From: a virus
Virus record (IMG/VR): IMGVR_UViG_3300045988_054218
Reading direction: 5' to 3' (one strand)
DNA: 64,000 nucleotides
Shown: piece by piece, positions 53,595 through 60,043 of the stretch
How positions within the stretch are numbered: position 1 is the stretch's first letter
How the letters are laid out: each line of letters begins with the position of its first letter
Made by a program: the position numbers and the translations under genes
Notes under the pieces: generated by a model
Told to the model about the DNA's origin: nothing
Seen by the model: the letters and a program-made list of their open reading frames with translations, nothing else
Databases searched by the model: none

Positions 53595-53996
53595 ATGGAA
53601 AAGACTAACAAGACTCGTATCACCAAGGCTATGCGTTTCGAGGACATTAAGGCTATGCTGAATGGTCAGCCCGTGACCTACGGCACGACCACCGAGGACG
53701 CCGTGGACTTCATCGAGCATGAGGTGGCTCTGCTCGCCAAGAAGAACAGCGGTGAGAACAAGAAGCAGACCAAGACCCAGCAGGAGAATGAGGGCTATAA
53801 GGCGCTCATCCTGGAGTTCCTCGCCACTCTGTCTGATACTTCGGCTGGTGTGACCTGCACCGAGATTATCAAGGGCGTGGCGGAGTTCGAGGGCTTCAGC
53901 ACTCAGAAGATTTCCCCTCTGGTGCGTCAGCTCATGGCGGCTGATAAGGTCATTAAGACCGAGGTCAAGGGCAAGGCTCTGTTCCGTCTCGCCTAA
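53595..53996 (+). CDS. Early protein with a probable C-terminal winged-helix domain (133 aa); paralogue of 62304-62729
   Basis: ATG follows AGAAAGGATTTGAAT. Shares its architecture with 62304-62729 (FIEHEVALLAKK / FIAHEIELLDNK, then a basic linker, then ...EIIKGV / EIVKAI...). Confidence 0.65.
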   Translation: MEKTNKTRITKAMRFEDIKAMLNGQPVTYGTTTEDAVDFIEHEVALLAKKNSGENKKQTKTQQENEGYKALILEFLATLSDTSAGVTCTEIIKGVAEFEGFSTQKISPLVRQLMAADKVIKTEVKGKALFRLA

Positions 53997-54045
53997 GTCC
54001 CATAGGGGAGAGGGGTAAAACCCTCTCCCCGCCAAAAGAAAGGAA

Positions 54046-54453
54046 GTGGTTATTATCGCCCAGCGAGTAACAGACGCTGAACGCCTTGAGCGTATCAAGC
54101 GAGTGTTTCCAGACGAGAAAGAAGCGCAAGATATTCTCGCCTATGATAAGGCGGTAGAAGCAGGCGAAAAAACGGAATATGACCTGCCGCCGGATAAGCT
54201 GAAAGCCGCACAAAAGTATGCCCATGCAGGAACGCGGAAAGCGCCCACGGCATACAAGTTCACCAAGCGAGAACGCAAGCCTAACGCAACTAAGGGGGGC
54301 ATTATTGCGGAGCTTGCGGAGTTCATGGAACACAACAGTAACTTTGATGTTTCTAACCTTGCCATCACGAACAAGGAAAGACAGATTTCCTTTATGGTAG
54401 GCGGTGAAACTTTCGAGTTGACGCTTGTGCAAAAGCGCAAGCCGAAAAGCTAA
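54046..54453 (+). CDS. Hypothetical basic protein (135 aa, GTG start)
   Basis: ORF-track ORF. GTG follows AAAGGAAG. TAA TAA double stop. Confidence 0.6.
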   Translation: MVIIAQRVTDAERLERIKRVFPDEKEAQDILAYDKAVEAGEKTEYDLPPDKLKAAQKYAHAGTRKAPTAYKFTKRERKPNATKGGIIAELAEFMEHNSNFDVSNLAITNKERQISFMVGGETFELTLVQKRKPKS

Positions 54454-54462
54454 TAAGGATAG

Positions 54463-54858
54463 GGGCGGATAACCTCTATCCGCCCTCCCAGAAAGAGGGG
54501 AAAGCATACGGCAAAGCGACCTAAAGAGTTTTTATATGTCGGTCATTATATCGACAGGGACGGTAATTTCATTCTCAAGGTAGGCACTACAAATGACCTT
54601 GAGCGCCGCCGCAAAGAGCATAACCGCAACTATAAGAAAAGCCCTAACTACACCATGCCGCCGGGCGGTGAGTTCGTCTATGACTTTTCGCTTCCTCTTT
54701 CCAAGTATAACACCTTGAGATATGAGGATAAGACCCGCCAAAGATGGCAGGACGAGGGCATAGGCGAGTTTGTCAGAAATGACAGATTTTATTGCAAAAA
54801 GAAACCCAAAACCGTCAAAGTGACGATACGCAAAACCTACGAAATCCCGCTCGATTGA
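54463..54858 (+). pseudogene. T5orf172/GIY-YIG-like domain ORF with no canonical start codon
   Basis: The open frame reads ...KRPKEFLYVGHYIDRDGNFILKVGTTNDLERRRKEHNRNY..., but the first ATG/GTG/TTG is at 54655, inside the domain. An SD-like AGAAAGAGGGG lies at 54490-54500. Confidence 0.4.
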
Positions 54859-54871
54859 GCGGGATTTTTTG
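54842..54871 (+). terminator. Rho-independent terminator
   Basis: AAATCCCGCTC-GATT-GAGCGGGATTT followed by a T-run. The next 35 nt (TTTTTGTGCATTTTTCCACAAAGACATTTTCACC) repeat the sequence at 45941-45972. Confidence 0.75.
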
Positions 54872-54933
54872 TGCATTTTTCCACAAAGACATTTTCACCA
54901 AAAATCAAATGAGATTTTTGTATAAATTGCCTA

Positions 54934-54962
54934 TTGACACCCGGACGGAAATGTGGTATAAT
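54934..54962 (+). promoter_or_regulatory. Promoter (ATTGCCTATTGACA type, 17-bp spacer, TATAAT, TGn) firing straight into a GC hairpin
   Basis: TTGACACCCGGACGGAAATGTGGTATAAT. Confidence 0.55.
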
Positions 54963-54998
54963 GGCGGGCCGGTCGCGGGCGACTCGGCCCGAGTTTTA
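54963..54998 (+). ncRNA. Candidate ~35-nt hairpin RNA or promoter-proximal terminator (GC-hairpin family member 6)
   Basis: Begins immediately after the -10 box. CGGGCCG-GTCGC..GCGAC-CGGCCCG (about 12 bp) followed by AGTTTTA. Confidence 0.3.
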
Positions 54999-55573
54999 CC
55001 GATCGGAAGCATATGCAAAATTTTTGTTCAATCTAGCCGACTTTCATATGGCTTCTCGTTTTCCCGAAAGTTTGACATTCTAGCCCAATTTTATTTTCAT
55101 ACCATCATTGACTCATATTTCTAATTTCATTTGGCATATAGCCCACTCCACTTCCGTGTAGCTAACAAAATTTTAGTTGCTCATAGCGAACCTCCTGCGT
55201 TGCCGATCGGGTCCAGTTTTTCATATCAAAACAAGAGAGAAGATAATAAGAGCGGAGAACCAGTTAATCCGATCGGGCCCGCAATTAGAAGACTCTTTTC
55301 CAATTGTCTTTCCTCTTGATTTTTATAATAAAATATGTTATTATATTAAAAAAAGATATAAAAACGCCTCGGTTCTAGCTTAAAATTGCTAAAAACGAGA
55401 CAAAATAGCGCAAAAATCTAAGCTTTTCGACTTAAAAATTAAGAAAACGCACTTTAAATCCATCAAGTAATCATATTTCCTACTTCAAATTCTCTGTAGC
55501 CAACTACATAAATGCTATTACCTAGCAAAAATCCATACCGGAGAGAAAATTTTTGGACTAATTTCCGATCGGG

Positions 55574-55602
55574 TTGGCATATATTAAAAAATATTATATA
55601 AT
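55574..55602 (+). promoter_or_regulatory. Promoter (TTGGCA-17-TATAAT)
   Basis: Followed by the leader ATATATAGAAATTAAGAAAGG and the hairpin GTTCTTC-CCCGTA-GAAGAAC. Confidence 0.5.
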
Positions 55603-55662
55603 ATATATAGAAATTAAGAAAGGAATTGGTTCTTCCCCGTAGAAGAACTATGGTGATAAAAC

Positions 55663-56118
55663 ATGGATTTTGAAGCTATGATTCGAGATGCCCAGAAGAA
55701 TGGACTGACTATTGATGACATCGCAAAGATGTTCTCTAAGACTCTTAACGCGGTCCAGCAGGAGGATCAAAAGAAGAAGGCAATTAAGGACGCTCGTACT
55801 GAACTGATTGAGCATATGAAGGATCAGTTCGAGACCGCTGTTTCTAAGGGACATCTTGATTGCACTGACGCGGCTGCCCTGTATACTCTTACTATGGCAG
55901 AAAAGTATCCCGATTGGACTGCTGAAAATATCAAGGATTATTTCCAGATCATTAAGCTAAACGCGGAGACTACCGCGACTATGGTTGGTAAGGAGCCAGA
56001 TGAGCTTCTCCAGGCTCTCCTGGACAAGGTTGATAATCTCTTTGATGCCGTTCCTAAGAGCAAAGATAAGAGTGACAATGAGAAGATTGCTGATTTCCTG
56101 CGGGAGATCGGTCTGTAA
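55663..56118 (+). CDS. Hypothetical protein (151 aa)
   Basis: Complete ORF, TAA stop, followed by a terminator. Confidence 0.7.
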   Translation: MDFEAMIRDAQKNGLTIDDIAKMFSKTLNAVQQEDQKKKAIKDARTELIEHMKDQFETAVSKGHLDCTDAAALYTLTMAEKYPDWTAENIKDYFQIIKLNAETTATMVGKEPDELLQALLDKVDNLFDAVPKSKDKSDNEKIADFLREIGL

Positions 56119-56133
56119 GAATCAAGAGCAAGA

Positions 56134-56165
56134 ATAAGAGAGGGTTAATACCCTCTCTTATTTTA
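56134..56165 (+). terminator. Rho-independent terminator at a convergence point
   Basis: ATAAGAGAGGG-TTAATA-CCCTCTCTTAT followed by TTTT. Confidence 0.7.
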
Positions 56166-56210
56166 TATATAAATCGCGGGAGCCAGGATAGCGATCTCGG
56201 TGACGGGGAA

Positions 56211-56495
56211 TTAAGGAAAGGTTACCTAGGCCCGATCGGCACGCCACTCCACTATTTTAATCAACCTTCCTATTTTAGCCATTTTAATCAACTTTACTAT
56301 TTCCGCCTTATCCTATCTCTATAGTTCCTTCTAACGCTGTGCAATTTTAAGAGCCTCTCTCATATCATCCCATCTTACTAGATACTACTCCCTGGCAAAA
56401 TCTATAAAATGTTCCTCTAACCAAGCTACTTCTTCTTTTGTAAGAGATTTTAGATCGAAAATCTCCTAACCTTCCTACTGAGTTTTCTAATTCAT
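56211..56495 (-). CDS. Hidden TAG-dense gene (94 aa, 8 TAG codons)
   Basis: Absent from the ORF track. ATG at 56495 overlaps the upstream TGA (ATGA) and follows GGGAGGAAG. All 95 codons were hand-translated: MN-Q-KTQ-Q-EG-Q-EIFDLKSLTKEEVAWLEEHFIDFARE-Q-YLVRWDDMREALKIAQR-Q-KEL-Q-R-Q-DKAEIVKLIKMAKIGRLIKIVEWRADRA-Q-VTFP. TAA at 56211-56213. Confidence 0.65.
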
Positions 56496-56695
56496 TTTTC
56501 TTCCTCCCATCCACCATCTATCTTATGAACTCCATCCTTTAAGAGAATAAAAACTTTTCCATCGTCTCTGACAAAACAAGTTCCTAATTCCATATATCTC
56601 TCTGGAACATAATATTTCTCCATAAAAAGCTTTCTATCTCCTGCGCAGATACCCCTTACTAAATTACCACTATGTAATGTTCTTCCTGATGCCAT
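56492..56695 (-). CDS. Small hypothetical protein (67 aa)
   Basis: ATG at 56695 follows AAAGGAGAAAGATT. Lies within ORF-track 56492-56722. TGA stop. Confidence 0.6.
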   Translation of the reverse strand: MASGRTLHSGNLVRGICAGDRKLFMEKYYVPERYMELGTCFVRDDGKVFILLKDGVHKIDGGWEEEK

Positions 56696-56736
56696 AATCT
56701 TTCTCCTTTCACACTTTAGCAAAACCGCGGCCGAAT

Positions 56737-56770
56737 TTTTTACAAATTTGCGTTAGCAAATTTGTAAAAA
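56737..56770. repeat. Perfect 15-bp-arm palindrome TTTTTACAAATTTGC-GTTA-GCAAATTTGTAAAAA
   Basis: Read directly from the sequence. Lies between a candidate minus-strand promoter (TTGTAC-17-TACAAT, about 56808-56836) and the SD of 56492-56695. Confidence 0.85.
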
Positions 56771-56833
56771 TAAGAGACAATTTATGCAAATTTACTTGTA
56801 AATTTGTAAAATTGTAAGATATAAGATAGATTT

Positions 56834-56877
56834 GTACAAATAACGTAATTTTACTATCATTTTTACGTTATTTGTAC
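56834..56877. repeat. Inverted repeat GTACAAATAACGTAA-14 nt-TTACGTTATTTGTAC
   Basis: Read directly from the sequence. Flanked by the 17-bp direct repeat AATTTATGCAAATTTAC at 56779-56795 and 56893-56909. Confidence 0.85.
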
Positions 56878-56905
56878 TATCATTGTAAAAATAATTTATG
56901 CAAAT

Positions 56906-57283
56906 TTACATAAAATTATCATTTTTTCTATTCTTCCAGCCCGCACTCTTATCAATAGTAGACTTAGAACACCCCAACTCATTAGCAATCTCTTCAGCAG
57001 TCTTATCCTGTCTTGCTAATTCATAAATCTGCTTATCATCATACTTTTTCTTGCGGCCTGCGGTTTTGCTCATTTCAAGCTTCTTCTCATACTCTACGAC
57101 ACTATTATTGATACGACCTTTAACCATATTCACTAGAGAACATACAACAGGATCATCATCATATAAAGTATCTCTTTTAGTTCCAAAACGCACAATATCT
57201 GCAATTACCTTATCTTGTATTTCTGTAGGTAGAGTATCAATATTATCTAGCCACTCACCTCTCATAATAAAGGTATCAACCAT
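56906..57283 (-). CDS. HTH-containing protein (125 aa), possibly replication/regulatory (DUF6291-like N-terminus)
   Basis: ATG at 57283 follows GGAGAGGGGGAGCCATA. Lies within ORF-track 56906-57352. C-terminal TAEEIANELGCSKSTIDKS resembles a helix-turn-helix. Confidence 0.55.
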   Translation of the reverse strand: MVDTFIMRGEWLDNIDTLPTEIQDKVIADIVRFGTKRDTLYDDDPVVCSLVNMVKGRINNSVVEYEKKLEMSKTAGRKKKYDDKQIYELARQDKTAEEIANELGCSKSTIDKSAGWKNRKNDNFM

Positions 57284-57476
57284 TATGGCTCCCCCTCTCC
57301 AACTCTCTTTGAATTGAATCAAAGGCAGCCAAAAAGTCCGGACTAGCATCATAGACCCAACAATTATAATTAGGATGTTGTGGATTCTTCATTTCTGTAA
57401 TATAGTGGAATCCATTTTGTTCCAATATAATATGGATTCTTAAGGAATAAACAATCTTAAAATTTGTATTTGGCAT
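57276..57476 (-). CDS. Small DUF5659-like protein (66 aa)
   Basis: Complete ORF-track ORF. TGA stop overlaps the next gene. Confidence 0.55.
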   Translation of the reverse strand: MPNTNFKIVYSLRIHIILEQNGFHYITEMKNPQHPNYNCWVYDASPDFLAAFDSIQRELERGSHNG

Positions 57477-57488
57477 TTTATTAACTCC

Positions 57489-57638
57489 TTATTCTTGCTT
57501 AAAGATATCAGTATCTTTCAGATATTCTTTAAGAGCAAGACGAATTAATCCAGAGACAGTCATTCCTCGCTCTTTACAATATTTAACTAAGAGTTCCTTT
57601 TCTTCTTCAGAAACTCGCATCGCAATTTGTTGCGCCAT
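57489..57638 (-). CDS. Ribbon-helix-helix (CopG/Arc-like) protein (49 aa)
   Basis: MAQQIAMRVSEEEKELLVKYCKERGMTVSGLIRLALKEYLKDTDIFKQE. First gene of the minus-strand operon. Below the ORF-track size cutoff. Confidence 0.6.
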   Translation of the reverse strand: MAQQIAMRVSEEEKELLVKYCKERGMTVSGLIRLALKEYLKDTDIFKQE

Positions 57639-57893
57639 TTATATCACCTCTACTCTATTTCATTTTTATTATAGCATAATTATCACTGTTTGTCCAACTT
57701 TTTAAACATTTTAGACAAAATAAACAACTCTTTCCTGCGGGATGGCAATTTTATCCCCAAATTTTTTGCCAACCCGCATACTCTTTCGTCTTATCCTCGT
57801 ATCTTTCGTAATAATACCAACCTTACCGCCCTATTAGAAATTATTATAATTATATGTTATTATATTTATATAAGAAAGGAGAGGAGAAAAGAA

Positions 57894-58679
57894 ATGGTAA
57901 ATACGCTTGAACTTCGCGGCATTGAGACTTACTCGCCAGAGATTCAAACCTTCTTACGAGAGATTGAGAAGTCTTTCCTGCAGGTGCTCAATAACTGCGT
58001 TCCCGCAGACCAGCAAGAGAAAGAAGCTATCCAGTTGCGGGATACAGTAGAGGGCATCGGCAACTGTCTCGAAATGCATTGCGCTCCCGGTGAAGTGTTT
58101 AACTGTTTTTCTTGCGGAGCTTTCAAGGAAGCTTATCACGCTTCTGACTCTATCGTAGTAAAGTTCTGCTCAACTGACAACGAAACTAAGAGAGAGCAGG
58201 CTCTTCTCGCCGCAGCGGAGGAGACTAATATTCTGGAGCTGTTCGTGCCTACCTTTTTCCACCAGCTCCCTGTTAATCTGCCTGTCACTCAACTCGATGA
58301 TACAAATTCTTCTCGATATACCTATGACTCCCACTATCATACATGGTGCCAGAACCCCGATATTGAAGCCTTCGAGTTAAATGATCTGGAGATTCAACCT
58401 ATTGTTGTCCCTGCTTCTCATGTTGCTTATGAGAATATTGGCTGGGACGAACAAGGCGAGGTTATTCCGGGTATCTCCATGACTGTCGTGCGGCGTATTC
58501 CTACGCGTAATCTTACTTGGCTGAAGTCTATTGTTGAGAATTATGGTAAAGAGTTCTTCGAAAAGTTCGCTATCTTCTGTGACGATTGGCATATTTGGGA
58601 TCTGCATGAAGATAACATTGGGTTCTTGCGGACGCCCGAGGTCGAACTCCCTATCATCCTTGATTGGATGAGCGACTAA
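57894..58679 (+). CDS. Hypothetical protein, possibly protein-kinase-like fold (261 aa)
   Basis: ATG follows AAGGAGAGGAG. Lies within ORF-track 57690-58679. IVVKF, WDLHEDNIGF (HxDxxxxN-like) and ILDWMSD resemble kinase/APH catalytic motifs. Confidence 0.6.
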   Translation: MVNTLELRGIETYSPEIQTFLREIEKSFLQVLNNCVPADQQEKEAIQLRDTVEGIGNCLEMHCAPGEVFNCFSCGAFKEAYHASDSIVVKFCSTDNETKREQALLAAAEETNILELFVPTFFHQLPVNLPVTQLDDTNSSRYTYDSHYHTWCQNPDIEAFELNDLEIQPIVVPASHVAYENIGWDEQGEVIPGISMTVVRRIPTRNLTWLKSIVENYGKEFFEKFAIFCDDWHIWDLHEDNIGFLRTPEVELPIILDWMSD

Positions 58680-58698
58680 ACAAAAGGAAGTGATACAT

Positions 58699-59553
58699 TT
58701 GACTGAAAATTTTTGTTATAATCAAATTGGAATCAACCACATCTTAAAACAATTTGGGGATGCCATTAGCAATAAACAATATAAAAACCCAATTCCTTAT
58801 GACACCTATCGAAAAATTAGGAATGGCTTTAAAACCATTTTTATCTCATTTGATTGTGGCGATATCCTCGTAAAAGCTGAGTTTGAAACTCTTTTCCATA
58901 CCTCGTATAAGGATAATGGCTTCGGTCAGTTCTTTTACGATAATTATGTTTCTACCACCAAGACGGTTGAAACTAAAACTAATATTAAGGAGAATGATAC
59001 TATGAAAATGCCTACCATGAATTTCGATTTTGGTCCGTTCACTGAGTCTGGCGTCGTAGCTTTGAGTCCCTATGGCATCGCTGTCCGTAGTTCTAAGGGT
59101 GAATATCTCACTTACAACGCGGCCACCGGCGCAACTGTCGATGTTACCGGCTTCACTTTTGATTTTCAGAAGATGATTTATAAGATGCCGGCGGCTATCA
59201 AAGACCTGCGGGCTGGCGATATGGTGCTGCATCGTGGCAAGCCTATGTATGTCCAGTCTGTTGAGGAAGATGGTATCCACTGCATCGACATTCTGAACTC
59301 TGAAAATAAAGTTATCGTGCCTGTGACCAATATGTTCGGCTTCAATTTCGTGACCAAGGTCGTCTCCCTCATGAACTTCAACGCTGCACAGCCTTCTGCG
59401 GAGAATCCTTTTGGCAACCTAATGCCGTTTATGATGATGTCCTCTGTCATGGGCGATGATTCTGACAACGACTTCAGCAAGATGATGATGATGTCCATGA
59501 TGATGGGCGGCTCCAATCCTTTCACTACCATGTTCACTCCGCAGGATAAGTAA
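58699..59553 (+). CDS. Hypothetical protein with a Met-rich C-terminal tail (284 aa; start uncertain: GTG 58690, TTG 58699 or ATG 59002)
   Basis: ORF-track 58690-59553. The AT-rich first 100 codons stay open, which is unlikely by chance. The tail reads ...LMPFMMMSSVMGDDSDNDFSKMMMMSMMMGGSNPF. Confidence 0.55.
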   Translation: MTENFCYNQIGINHILKQFGDAISNKQYKNPIPYDTYRKIRNGFKTIFISFDCGDILVKAEFETLFHTSYKDNGFGQFFYDNYVSTTKTVETKTNIKENDTMKMPTMNFDFGPFTESGVVALSPYGIAVRSSKGEYLTYNAATGATVDVTGFTFDFQKMIYKMPAAIKDLRAGDMVLHRGKPMYVQSVEEDGIHCIDILNSENKVIVPVTNMFGFNFVTKVVSLMNFNAAQPSAENPFGNLMPFMMMSSVMGDDSDNDFSKMMMMSMMMGGSNPFTTMFTPQDK

Positions 59554-59563
59554 GGAGGAAAAT

Positions 59564-59953
59564 ATGCTATTCTTTATTTTTATCGCTCTATTCGCAATAA
59601 GTGTATTAGTTATTATACACACAAATGAAATGAGCGGTTGGCATCTTCTCGCGACTATCGCGGTTGCCCTTACCCTTATAGCATTACTTATAAGCACTAT
59701 CGGATTAGCATCTGTCTACATTGGCGCGGATGCCTCTGTCGCTAAATGGGAAACCCAATATGAGTTATTAACCTATCAATTAGAGAATAATCTCTATGAT
59801 AATGACAATGACATTGGTAAAAAAGAACTCATGGATGAAATCCGTGAATGGAACGGAAATTTAGCATATTGTAAGGAAATTCAGCGTAACTTTTGGGTAG
59901 GTATTTATTATCCAAATGTATACGACAACTTTGAATTTATTCCTTTGCCTTAA
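59564..59953 (+). CDS. Membrane protein (129 aa, two N-terminal TM helices)
   Basis: Complete ORF following AAGGAGGAAAAT. Confidence 0.65.
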   Translation: MLFFIFIALFAISVLVIIHTNEMSGWHLLATIAVALTLIALLISTIGLASVYIGADASVAKWETQYELLTYQLENNLYDNDNDIGKKELMDEIREWNGNLAYCKEIQRNFWVGIYYPNVYDNFEFIPLP

Positions 59954-59960
59954 GACTCTT

Positions 59961-59992
59961 AAAGCCTCTCGAAAGAGAGGCTTTATTTTTTT
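59961..59992 (+). terminator. Rho-independent terminator
   Basis: AAAGCCTCTC-GAAA-GAGAGGCTTT followed by ATTTTTTT. Confidence 0.8.
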
Positions 59993-60043
59993 ATATATTT
60001 ATAGTATAATAAATATATAAAAACGATGAGAAAGGAGAAGTTT

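Larger units (their letters stand above)
54999..56239. repeat. Cluster of five copies of the 8-bp palindrome CCGATCGG
   Basis: Copies at 54999-55006, 55203-55210, 55269-55276, 55565-55572 and 56232-56239. I saw no exact copy elsewhere in the window. Confidence 0.8.

Noticed and set aside
44100-55000. The GC-richer block as a foreign insertion, mobile element or chimeric mis-assembly.
   Set aside because: There is no integrase, transposase or flanking att/TIR. GC-richer TAG-free genes also occur singly inside the late module and at 57.9-62.7 kb. AT-rich TAG-containing genes (46867-47299) are interleaved and share the same promoter and terminator grammar. A chimera cannot be fully excluded without reads.
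55131-55383. ORFs 55131-55319 and 55177-55383 (+).
   Set aside because: TTG-initiated with no SD, overlapping each other in an AT-rich region full of short repeats. Their translations are not protein-like.
55010-55574. A tRNA (in particular a CUA-anticodon suppressor) or another RNA gene in the long non-coding stretch, and in other intergenic regions.
   Set aside because: I found no cloverleaf-compatible sequence (no GTTCGAATC-type T-arm with a matching acceptor stem) by eye. This is a weak negative and needs tRNAscan-type software.
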